This document shows positions 26,050 to 37,752 of a stretch of DNA of 64,000 nt, piece by piece; the first letter of the stretch is position 1, and every line of letters starts with the position of its first letter. Made by a program: the position numbers and the translations under genes. Below the pieces are notes generated by a model that saw only the letters and a program-made list of their open reading frames with translations, was not told the origin of the DNA and made no database searches. The DNA is from Mobula hypostoma (taxonomy: Eukaryota). The stretch spans positions 58,654,001 to 58,718,000 of the forward strand of contig NC_086108.1 of NCBI RefSeq assembly GCF_963921235.1, given 5' to 3'.

Positions 26050-29000
26050 ATGGGGCCATTAAAAAAAGAAGTAAGTGGAGCAGCCATTGTTGGTGTGGGC
26101 CAGACGAAGGTTATAAGTACGTAATTTCTAGTAAATCTTTTTTTCTGTTAATACATAGTTAGTGTGCTGAAAATGGGTTTGGAGGTAGTCGTATGTCCTT
26201 TGTATGAGATGTGGGAACACTGGGAAACTTTCAATCTCCTTGATAAATACATCTGCACGAAGGTCACCAAACTGCAGCTCCTCAGAGACTGTGTTAAGGA
26301 ACTGGAGCTACAGCTGGGTGACCTTCAGCTCATATAGGAAAATGAGGAAGTGATAGATAACAGCTGCATTGATGTAGTCACCCCCAAGTTGCAGGAGGCA
26401 GGTACCTGGGTGACAGCCAAGAGAGGGAAAAGGGAATAGGCAGCCAGTGCAGAGTACCCCTGCGGCAGATCCTCTCAATAATAAGCATACCACTTCAGAT
26501 ACTGCTGGGGTGAAGCCGCAGTGACCTGGTCTCTGGCACTGAGTCTGACTCTGCAGCTCAGAAGGGAAGAAGGGAGAAGAGGTGTGAAGTAGTGATAGGC
26601 GATTCCATAGTGAGAGGAGCAGAAAGCTGTTTCTGTGGACGTGAAAGAGACATCTGGATGGTACCTTGCCTCCTGGATGCCAGGATCAGGGAAGTCTTGA
26701 ACCCGATCCAAGACATCTCTCACCCTGGCATCCAGGAGGCAACATAATATCTGGGTGTCTCTTTCATGTCCACAGAAACTGCTTTCTGCTTCGTTAACTA
26801 TAAAATCATATTAATACCAACAATATGGGTAGGAGGTCCTGAAAACATAATATAGGGAGTTAGGCAGAAAGCTGAAAAGCAGGCCCTCCCAAGTAGCAGC
26901 CTTTGGATTGCTGCCTGAGTCACATTCCAGTGAGGATAAGAATAGATATTTTGGCAGATGATCGCATGGTTGAAGAAATGGTGCAGGGAGCAGGGTTTCA
27001 GATCTCTGGATCATTGGGACTTCTTCTGGGTACAAAAAGTAGGGTTTGTCACAACCACGGATTCAGCAGCGCAGCAGATTTGGCAATTGCGCTCGTGAAT
27101 ATGCACGTGTCAGCTAATTATTTTATTGAGATAGTATTTACCTCCATTTGTTCTGTCGTAGTGTTTGTTGAGACTTGGACATGGAGCACAGCAACATTTC
27201 GCTGCCTGTTTGCATTCGGCCTTGCCTGGGAAATAGGACTATCCAGTCAACTGACTCTGAAGACTAAAGGTATTTGTTTTATATTTAGTTCTTTTCAGCC
27301 GCAGTAGGCTTCTTTTCGATTTGAGAGTTTTAGTTAATGGCCCTGTTTGGCCTAGTGTTTATTGTTTTCTTTTCCCAGTAACACTGTTCATATTAAAGTC
27401 TGTGAACCACGGCAGTGTCTCTCACTCCGCACTTGGGCCATATCCAAACCTGATAACAGCAAGTCTTGACCACACGAAGATGGATCCAGCAGAGAGAGGG
27501 CGGCTGACCTTGGCCGTGAGATTCATTGGTCAGAGTGATTCACTGAGGCAACAATGTTCCGTTGAATTCCTATGTATGAACTCTTGTTTCTGTCTGCAGC
27601 ATGACAGCAGGATGGACCCAGCAAAGTTTGAACAGTGACGTTCTGACATTTGCGGATTGAGGAGAGGCTGCCTTTATTCTAAGTGCATATCCTGACTCTG
27701 CATTCCGAGAGTCCTGAGTCTACATTCTAAGCTTCTCTAGTCCCCATTGAGTTTCTCCAGTATCCATTCCAAGCTTTTCAAGTCACAAGGATCCAGGTTC
27801 CCAGCTTCGTGGTCCCATGACTCAGGTCTGGATAACAAATGAGCACTTCAAGCAAGCTTATCAATTGATTCAACAATTCATCATTCCAGTCAATAGTGTA
27901 AACTTTGGAAGAGCCCAACTCCAAAAGCTAATCCCTGGCTGGAGTGTGTGAACACACAAATAAAGTAACCCTGTCAAGAGTATTTTTAACCTCCTGATGA
28001 AAGTCAGGGTACAGTCTGGAAAGATTGAACTTTCATGTCACAAATTAAACAAATCTACAGAGAACCAGCTAGCTTAACGATGAAAGAAACCTTTCTATGC
28101 TGTCTTGATCTGTAAAATTGATTGCCTCTGGAAAAAATTGCGAAAGATAAAACACTGTGAGCAAGACTTGAAAAGGTTCCTTCTGTACGTTTTGGGTTTC
28201 AAGTTTCATGTTGTCAAGGTCTCCCAAAGACTTTTTTCTATGTTCCTAATGTTTTTATTTTTCCGATTGTTTCCAAGGCTTAGTCAATGTGTTTAGGGTT
28301 TTTCAATGTCCTCCCCATCTCCAGTGCTCCCAAGCCTCCCTCTCAGCCCTGCCTGAGCTTTGTTGATTTCACTCGAGGTTCCCTGGTCTCTGAGTCTGTT
28401 GGAGTTCCTAGGTCTCTCAGTCTCTTCCCTGGTCTCTCTGTCTGTTGGGGTTCCCAGGGTCTCTCAGTCTCCCAAGTCTCCCTGCCTCTCAAGTTCCCCA
28501 GGTCTCTTGAGTCTTCCCTGATTCTCGAGTTTTCAGGTCTTCCAGGGCCATCAGCTGCCAGCTCATGGGAGGGGGATCCTGTCGTGACGATATCAGGCCT
28601 GTGCACGGCATCAGAGAACATTGGGCTCTGAAGTTTTTAGAGCATCTGAATTGGTCAATTGTTGTTTAACAATAGTTACTAATGGTTTAAGAGTTCCTTG
28701 TTTTTCCTGAGCAACTTGCTCTTTGGAATGTAGTTTCCTGGTGCTTTCTGTTTAAGTTTATTTTGATAGGCTCAGGGATTTTGTGTTGGTTCTATTGTGG
28801 AAGCAGATGCCCGATAAGCTTCAATCGGAGGGTCCTCACTTTGAGAATGATCCCTCTTTCAGTGTCACTTGGTCGAGCTACCTCTGCAAACGCTCTTGTC
28901 TCTGTCTCTACGTGGAAGTCTTTGGCTCTGATATTGGCAGTGCACACTATGGCACTTATCTACCAGCATCACTGAAGGACATCTTGGACGAATCCCTCAT

Positions 29001-31850
29001 TCGGGACTTCCAGCGGACACTGGTCTGTGGCGCTTCAGAGGTTGCGCTAGAGAGGCGGGCCCTCTCACAACCACGGATTCGGCAGCACAGCAGATTTGGT
29101 AATTGTGCTCATAGATATGCACGTGTCAGCTAATTATTTCGTTCTGATAGTATTTAACTCCATTCATTCTGTCGTAGTGTTTGTCGGGACTTGGACATGG
29201 AACACAGCAACATTTCGCTGCTTGTTTGCATTCGGCCTTGCCTGGGAAATAGGACTATCCAGTCAACTGACTCTGAAGACTAAAGCTATTCGTTTTATTC
29301 TTAGTTGTTCTTTTCAGCTGCAGTGTAAGCTTCGTTTTCCATTTGAGAGTTTTAGTTAATGACCCTGTTTGGCCTAGCATTTATTGTTTTCGTTTCCCTT
29401 TAACACTGTTTGCATTAACATCTGTGAACTACCGACCCGTGTCAGTGTCTCTCACTCCACACTTGGACCATGGTGGCAGGGTTACAGCTGAACCTAAGGG
29501 TGATCAATATCTTTGCAAGCAGGTTTTGTAGATCTGTGGAGGAAGGTTTAAACTAATTTGGCAGGGGGTTGGGAACTGGAGTGACAGGGCTGAGGAATGA
29601 ACTGTTGGATTACAACTAAGCGTAATGTGTAGTGAGACTAAGGAAAGACAGGCAGATGATCGGGCGGAATTGCTGCCAGTGAGATGAGTTAAAGTGTAAC
29701 AGGTTTAGAAGATGTAGAATCCTTGTGGGCAGAGTTAAGAAACTACAAGGGTAAAAAGATCCTGGTGGGAGCTATATACAGGCCTCTGAACGGTAACCAG
29801 GATGTGGGCTATAAAATAAAATGGGAGATAGAAAAGACATGTAAAAAGGACAATGTCATGATAATCATGGGATATTTCAATATTCAGGTAGATTGGGAAA
29901 ACCAGGTTGGTGTTGGATTCCAAGAGAATACCAATAAGCTGGCTTTTTAAGAATGGTTTGTGTTTGAGCTCACTAGGGGAAAGGTAATTCTGGATTAGGT
30001 GCTGTGTAACGAGCCAGATTTGATTAAGGAGTTTAAGGTAAAGGAACCCTTAGGAAGCAGTGATCATAATATGATAGAATTCACCCTGCAGTTTGAGAGA
30101 GAGGAAATGAAGTCAGATGCAAAGGCATTACAGTGGAGTAAAGAGAATTACAAAAGCATAAGAAAAGAGCTGACTAACATTGACTGGAAGGGGACAATAG
30201 CAGGGATGATGGCAGAATAGCAACGGCTGGAGTTTCTGGAGACAATTCAGAAGGCACAGGATAGATACATCAGTCTTCACTGTGGAAGACACTAGCAGAA
30301 TGTCAGAAATTCAAGAATGTCAGGGAACAGAGAAGTGTAATTGATATTAGTAAGGAAAAGATGCTTGGAAACTGAAAGGTCTGAAGGTAGATAAGTCACC
30401 TTGGACCTGATGGACTACACCCCTGAGTTCTGAAAGAGGTAGATGAAGCGATTGTAGAGGCATTCATAATGATCTGTAATGATTCCACGGCACAGGAAAA
30501 TTGCAAATGTCACTCTACTCTTTAAGAAGGAAGGAAATTATAGGCCAGTTGGTACTGGAAACACAAGATAAAATAGGCCAAAATCAGCATGATTTTCTAA
30601 AGGGGAAATCTTGCCTGACAAACCTGTTGGAATTCTTTGAAGAAATAACTGGCAGGATAGACAAAGGAGAGTCAGTGTATGTTGCTTACTTGGATTTTCA
30701 GGAGCCGTTTGACAAGTTGCCACACATGAGGATGTTTGACAAGATCAGAGTCCACAGTATTATAGGAAAGGTACTAGCATGGACAGAAGATTGGCTGACT
30801 GGCAGGAGGTGAAGAGTGGGAATTAAGGAGATCTTCTCTGGTTGGCTGCTGGTGAATCATGGTGTACTGCAGGGGTCAGCACTGGGACTGCTTCTTTTGA
30901 CATCATATGTCAATAATTTGGATGAAGGAATTGATGCCTTTTGTCCAAGTTTGCAGATGATATGATGGTAGGTGAAGTGGCAGCTAATGTTGAGGAAGCA
31001 AAGTGTCTGCAGAAGGAGTTAGACATTTTGGGGGAATGGGCAAATAAGTGACAGATGAAATAGAGTGTAGGGAAGTGTATGGTCATGCATTTTGGTAGAA
31101 GGAATAAAGGCATTGACTATTATGTAAATAGGGAGAAAATTCAAAAATCAGAGGTGCAAAAGGACTTGGGTGTTTTCAAGTAGGATTCACTCAAGGTTAA
31201 TGTGCAGGTTGAATTAGCAGTAAGGAAGGCAATTACAATATTAGCATTCAGTTTGAGAGGATTAGAGTACAAAAACAAGGATGTAATGCTGCGGCTTTAT
31301 AAAGCATTGGTGAGACCACACTTGGAGTCTTGTGAGCAGCTTTGGGCCACTTATCCAAGAAATGATATGCTGGCATCGTAGAAGGTCCAGAAGGGGTTCA
31401 CAAGAATTATCCCAGGATTGAAAAAGTTGACATATGAGGAGCATTTGATAGCTCAGGGCCTGTACTTGCAGGAATTTAGAAGAATGTGGCGGGCGGGGGG
31501 GGGGGGTGGTGGGATCTCATTGAAACCTATTGAATATTGAAATGGCTAGATAGAATGGATGTGGAGAGGATGTTTCCTGTAGTGGGAAGTTTAGGACCAG
31601 ATGGCACAGACTCAGAGAAAAAGAAATCACCAAGCAGGATATTAAACAAATAACTTTTTTGTTGCTTTCATTTAGAACAGAGATGAGAAAAATTTTCTTG
31701 AGCCAGAGGGTGGTATTCGTGGACTTCACTGCCACAGGTGGATGTGCAAGCCAGTTCACTGAGTATATTTAAGGAGGAGATTGATAGATTCTTGATTAAT
31801 CAGGGCATCAAAGGTTACAGGGAGAAGGCAGGGAAATGGGGTTGAGAGGG
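26050..31850 (+). mobile_element. Old, near full-length CR1 LINE (ORF1 zinc finger/leucine zipper/SGNH remnant plus ORF2), split by an LTR element
   Basis: VVCPLYEMWE..YICTKVTKLQLLRDCVKELELQL; VIGDSIVRG; ORF1 end TTTAAACTAA at 29547; ORF2 YRP, SDHN, SCLTNL. Confidence 0.85.
27047..29478 (+). mobile_element. Internally deleted chromoviral (Sushi-like) Gypsy LTR retrotransposon
   Basis: LTRs 27047-27458 and 29063-29478; TSD GGGTT (27042-27046, 29479-29483); gag-like start MDPAE at 27480; chromodomain-like tail DILDESLIRDFQR before a purine tract. Confidence 0.8.
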
Positions 31851-33290
31851 TAGTGGCTCAGCGAAAGTGCTAGGCAAACTCAAAGGTCTTCAGGTGGATA
31901 AGTCACCTGGACCAGATGGACTACATCCCAGAGTCCTAAGAGAGGTTGCTTAAGAGACAACAGATGCATTGGTCATGATCTTTCAAGATTCACTAGATTC
32001 TGGCATGGTCCCGGAGGACTGGAAGATTGCAAATGTCACTCCACTCTTTAAGAAGGGAAGAAGGCAAAAGAAAGGAAATTATAGGCCAGTTAGCCTAACC
32101 TCAGTGGCTGGGAAAATGTTGGAGCCTATATTAAGGACGAGGTTTCGGGATACTTGGAGATTACTAATAAAATAACTCAAAATCAGCATGGTTTCTGTAA
32201 AGAGAAATCTCGCTCGACAAATCTGTTAGAGTTGGTTGAGGAAGTTACAAGCAGAGGAGAGCAGTGGATGTCATTTACATGGATTTTCAGAAAGCATTTG
32301 ATAAGGTGCCACACATGAAGCTGGTTAACAAGATAAAATCTTATGGCGTTACAGAAAAGATATTAGCATGGATAAAGGAATGGCTGACAAGCAGGAGGCA
32401 GCGAGTGGGAATAATGGGGGCCTTTTCTGGTTGGCTGCTAGTGACTAGTGGTGTTCCTCAGGGGCCAGTATTGGGACCGCTACTTTTCACATTGTTTATC
32501 AGTGATTTAGATAATGGAATTGATGGCTTTGTGGCAAAGTTTGTGGATGATATGAAGATAGGTGGAGGGGTAGGTAGTGCTGAGGAAGCAATTCAATTGC
32601 AGCAGGACAGACAAGTTGGAAGAATGGGCAAAAAAGTGATAGATGGAATGCAGTGTTGGGAAATATATGATAATGCATTTTGGTAAAAGGGACAATAGTG
32701 AAAACTATTATCTAAACAAGGAGCAAATTCAAACATCAGAGGTGCAGAGGGACTTAGGAGTCCTTGTGCAAGGCTCCCAGAATGTTCATTTACAGGTTGA
32801 TTCTGTGGTAAAGAAGATGTAACACCCTAGGAAAGGCTTCACTGCTAATTTAATAGATTTTTCTGTAGCAACAGTGTTTGGGTTGCGGCTAGAGATAATG
32901 GGGACTTTGGAATATGCGCTGTCCAATGAAGGGAATGTTTTTTCTTGTGTGTGCATGAGAGTGAGGTGCTCTGAGTCCTTTGTTTGGCAGAAGATGAAGA
33001 GAGAAGATGCCTGTGAGACGTGGACTTGGAATGGAGTCAGGAGTGGACGAAGCCAGGGGAAATCAATGGGGGACCATCCAAAGGGAAAACATGAGCTCCA
33101 ACGTGCACATTAGACTGTTTGATTAAAATGGGCCCTTTTCTTTTTTATTTTTCTTTACTAACCCTTTTGTCAAATTGAGAATTATAAAGCCAAGTCATTT
33201 ACTTGCATACGGTTTACTGCCTGCTATTTCGCAGTACTGATTTATAACAGGGTAACACATTACGCAGCATCCACACAAACAAGAGGTTTC

Positions 33291-34712
33291 TTTATTTAAG
33301 AAGGGGGCAAGGAAGCAAAAAGGAAATTATAGACCTGTTAGCTTGACGTTGGTGGTTGGGAAGTTGTTGGAGTCGATTGTCATGGATGAGGTTACAGAGT
33401 ACCTGGAGGCATATGACAAGATAGGCAGAACTCAGCATAGATTCCTCAAAGGAAAATCCTGCCTGACAAACCTATTACAATTTTTTGAGGAAATTACCAG
33501 TAGGCTAGACAAGGGAGATGCAGTGGATGTTGTATATTTGGATTTTCAGAAGGCGTTTGACAAGGTGCCACACATGAGGCCACTTAACAAGATAAGAGCC
33601 CATGGAATTACGGGAAAGTTACATACGTGGATAGAGCGTTGGCTGATTGGCAGGAAACAGAGAGCGGGAATAAAGGGATCCTATTCTGGTTGCCTGCCGG
33701 TTACCAGTGGTTTTCCACAGGGATCAGTGTTGGGGCCGCTTCTTTTTACATTGTACATCAACGATCTGGATTATGGAATAGATGGCTTTGTGGCTAAGTT
33801 TGCTGACGATACGAAGATAGGTGGAGGGGCCGGTAGTGCTGAGGAAACGGAGAGTCTGCAGAGAGACTTGGATAGATTAGAAGAATGGGCAGAGAAGTGG
33901 CAAATGAAGTACAATGTTGGAAAGTGTATGGTTATGCACTTTGGCAGAAAAAAATAAACGGGCAGACTATTATTTAAATGGGGAAAGAATTCAAAGTTCT
34001 GAGATGCAACGGGACTTGGGAGTCCTCGTACAGGATTACCTTAAAGTTAACCTCCAGGTTGAGTCAGTAGAGAAGAAGGCGAATGCAATGTTGGCATTCA
34101 TTTCTAGAGGAATAGAGTATAGGAGCAGGGATGTGATGTTGAGGCTCTATAAGGCGCTGGTGAGACCTCACTTGGAGTACTGTGGGCAGTTTTGGTCTCC
34201 TTATTTAAGAAAGGATGTGCTGACGTTGGAGAGGGTACAGAGAAGATTCACGAGAATGATTCCAGAAATGAGAGGGTTAACATATGAGGAACGTTTGTCC
34301 GCTCTTGGACTGTATTCCTTGGAGTTTAGAAGAATGAGGGGAGACCTCATAGAAACATTTCCAATGTTAAAAGGCATGGACAGAGTGGATGTGGCAAAGT
34401 TGTTTCCCATGATGGGGGAGTCTAGTACGAGAGGGGATGACTTCAGGATTGAAGGGCACCCTTTCAGAACAGAAATGCGAAGAAATTTTTTAGTCAGAGG
34501 GTGGTGAATCTATGGAATTTGTTGCCACGGGCAGCAGTGGAGGCCAAGTCATTGGGCGTATTTAAGGCAGAGATTGATAGGTATCTGAGTAGCCAGGGCA
34601 TCAAAGATTATGGTGAGAAGGCGGGGCAGTGGGACTAAATAGGATAAAATGGCGGAGCAGACTCGATGGGCCGAATGGCCTACTTCTGCTCCTTTGTCTT
34701 ATGGTCTTATGG
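33291..34712 (+). mobile_element. CR1 LINE inserted into the 5' LTR
   Basis: ORFs 33343-33957 and 33914-34507 with RT motifs; probable TSD GGTTTC; same subfamily as 17267-18780. Confidence 0.9.
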
Positions 34713-34801
34713 TTTCGTTCCTCAAATTTCACACTTTTGGCTGGGCCAGGGACCGTCTTCCCCAGACTAACACCACCGGCTGAACCTGAGGGTTACAATT
34801 G

Positions 34802-34819
34802 TGGGGGCTCATCTGGGAT
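34802..34819 (+). promoter_or_regulatory. Primer-binding site, tRNA-Pro type
   Basis: TGGGGGCTCATCTGGGAT versus canonical TGGGGGCTCGTCCGGGAT; two CpG-type changes; 4 nt after the LTR end. Confidence 0.8.
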
Positions 34820-36925
34820 TGATTTCATTGGATGCTGTGTGATTGCCCCGAGCATTGAACCAGGGGTTGTGTGTTTACCTCTGTGCTAGTGTGGAGGCTG
34901 CTGGGGTTGAGCGGTGGTGTGTATCCATGGGGTTACTGACAATGAATATGTGTGTGTTGAGTGGGGTAGATATTTGTACTCCTGATGAATTGTTAATTCG
35001 GCCTTTAAGGACTGTTAAAGCCATAGGCAAAGTTACGATTGTGGGGCAGAGATTTGATAAAATGGTGGGAACAAACTTCGTTTTAGTTCAAACTAGTGCT
35101 GACATAATGGCAGTGGAACTGCCTGGTACTATTGGGGCCCTGGGAGAGGTGGGGGGGGTTGTGGACTGTCCGTACTTTCCGAGGGGAGGAGAGTGTAGGA
35201 GAGCGGGCTGAATCACAAGTCAAGCCTCCCATAGCCGGAGGTCGAAGAATACTGCAGGTCGTGCATTCGATGCATACGGAGGAAGATGCTGCCTACGAGG
35301 GCAGCTCCCTGGTCCCATTTGCAGAGTGCAGGGGCCCTTGACCTGATGTGTGTGGATTTCCTTCAATAGACTCAAATGCCAGCAATATGGTGAATGTCTT
35401 AGTCATCATGGATCACCATACCAGATATGTGCAGACTTTCCTTAACAAGGACCAGAGGGCATCCACGGTGGCCAAAGTGTTTTGGGAGAAGAATTTCATT
35501 TATTATGGCCTTCCCAGGTGGATACATAGTGATCAGGGATGGGAGTTCAAGAGTAGGCCCATCTATCAGTTACTGGGCGAGCTCGGAGTCGAGAACTACA
35601 CTTTATCACCCACAGGGTGATCCCCAGCTCGAGAGGTTGAACTGGACCTTGCTGGACGTGTTTGGAAACTTGGAGATCAGCAAGAAGAGCAGGTGGTGTC
35701 AACATATTGGACATCTGGTCCACTGCTACAACTGTACCTGAAATGAAGCTACCGGGTATTCGCTGTATTATCTAACGTTTGGGCGCGAGGCGAGGTTACC
35801 CATTGACCTTTGTTTTGGGACTGACTAGGACAACCTACCATCAAAGACTTATCTGAAGTATGTGTCTGATATGAGAAGGGAACTGAAAAAGGCTTATGAA
35901 TTAGCTGAGGTTGCAGCTGCCAAGCAGAATCAAGGAAATAAGAGGATGAAAAGGTTAGGTTCTCCTAGCACATGCTGGGAGATCAAGTCCTCATAAGAAA
36001 TTTTCGGCTACCTGGGAAGCATAAATTTGCTGACTGCTGGGCGGCTATGGCCTATGTGATGGAGAGTCAGATGCCAAACCTACAAGTTTCCAGGTGAAAC
36101 CAGAGGATGGGAATAGGCCTATAAAAATTCTCCATTTGAACCACCTTCTGCCTCTGGAACAAGAGGTGCGTGTTGACCCAGAGACTGACCTGGACCGTAC
36201 ACCTAGTAAGAGGACTCTGCGGTGTCGAGGGGCAACCGAAGGACCAACAGCAGGAGAGATTAGACCGGCCCCCGCCCGAGTGGGATACTGATTCAGAGGA
36301 TGAGGAAATTGGGGTGTGGTATATGCTGCCTTTAGCTAACTCCCCACTGATTGAGGAAGAGACTCCCAATCCTCATCACGCTAAGTCAGGTGAAGTTGTG
36401 GGTGTGGGGGGTGGGGGTTACTATCAGTTGTCAGCCTGGGATTCAGTGGGATCCTGCTAGGGATGAAGCAGGGCTCGGCCAAGGGGCAGAGGAGTCTGAG
36501 TTGCAGGAGGGCATGAGCGATAGACCGGGGGAGGCCTCGCCAGGTAGATCAGAAGTATCCACAGTAGTGTTGGACCATGAAGGAGTAGGTAAGGGGGAGG
36601 AGACTACTGAATAGGCTGGCCTATGTAGCACCGGGGGACCAAAGTGTGGCCCCTACTGCTTTGGGGAGCTATGTCACTGTCTTTTACACCCGGGTTGGAC
36701 TTTGTGCTTTGCAAGAAGGGTTGGCAAATTATCTCACAATCATGAGGACATGACTAAATTTGGTGGGAGAGTGTAACGCCCTATTTCGTGGTACTGATTT
36801 GTAACGGGGGAACATATCACGCAGCATCCACATAACAAGAGGATTTGCACCTCAGATTTCACCCATTTGGTGGGGCCAGAGACCGTCTTCCTGAAACTAA
36901 CGCTGGCGGTCGAACCTGAGGGTTA

Positions 36926-36978
36926 GTCATAGTCATAGTCATAGTCATAGTCATACTTTATTGATCCCGGGGGAAATT
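36926..36978 (-). mobile_element. Extremely truncated LINE 3' end with (TAGTCA)n tail
   Basis: Minus strand reads gggatcAATAAAgta then (TGACTA)n; TSD GGTTA at 36921-36925 and 36979-36983. Confidence 0.7.
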
Positions 36979-37122
36979 GGTTACAAAGGCAAATGCAATA
37001 TTGGCAGTTATTTCAAGGGGAATAGAATATAAAAACAAGGAGATAATGCTGAGCCTTTATAAGGCACCAGTCAGGCCACACTTGGAGTATTTCAACAGTT
37101 TTGGGCCCCATATTTCAGAAAG

Positions 37123-37752
37123 GATTAGATTAGATTATGAGAACACTCAGTCCTCTTTCATTGTCATTTAGAAAAACAGGACAAAACAAAGACTAACACT
37201 GACAAAACCACATAATTATAATGTATAGTTACAGCAGTGCAAAGCAATACCATAATTTGATAAAGAACAGACCAAGGGCACAGTAAAAAAAGAAGTCTCA
37301 GGTCCTGATCAACTCCCGAGTCCTCGATAGCAAGCAGTAAAAGGGAGAAACTCCCTGCCATAAACCTCCAGGCACTGACAAATGCCGATGCATTGGAAGC
37401 AGCCGACTACAGCCGACATTGAGTCCGTCCATCCGAAAACTTTGAGCCTCCGACCAGCCCCTCTGATACAGCCTCCCAAGCGCAATCCTCTGCTGAGCAC
37501 CTTCGACCTAGCCCCGGCTGCCGAAACAAGCAAAGCCGAGGATTCGGGGCCTTCTGCTCCGGAGATTCCGGTTACCACACAGCAGCAGCAGCAGCAGCGA
37601 AGCGGGCATTTCAGAAGTTTCTCCAGATGTTCCTCCATACTCTCACATCTGTCTCCATCAAATCAGAATTGTGCACAGTACCTTACTTGATAGATTACAG
37701 ATATCATTCACCGGAGAGGCTGCGCACACTGCATCGCGCCGCCATCTTCTCA
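37123..37752 (-). mobile_element. Non-autonomous non-LTR element (about 630 bp)
   Basis: 5' end AAGATGGCGGCG (YY1-like), 3' (TCTAA)n tail, interrupts a CR1. Confidence 0.6.

Larger units (their letters stand above)
32818..36985 (+). mobile_element. Internally deleted Gypsy LTR retrotransposon with PNMA-like gag N-terminus and integrase
   Basis: 5' LTR TGTAAC..TTACA 32818-34797 (contains a CR1); PBS at 34802; integrase CxxC, CVDF, HSDQG, YHPQGDPQLER; PPT then 3' LTR 36772-36985; imperfect 4-bp TSD AAGA/AAGG. Confidence 0.85.
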
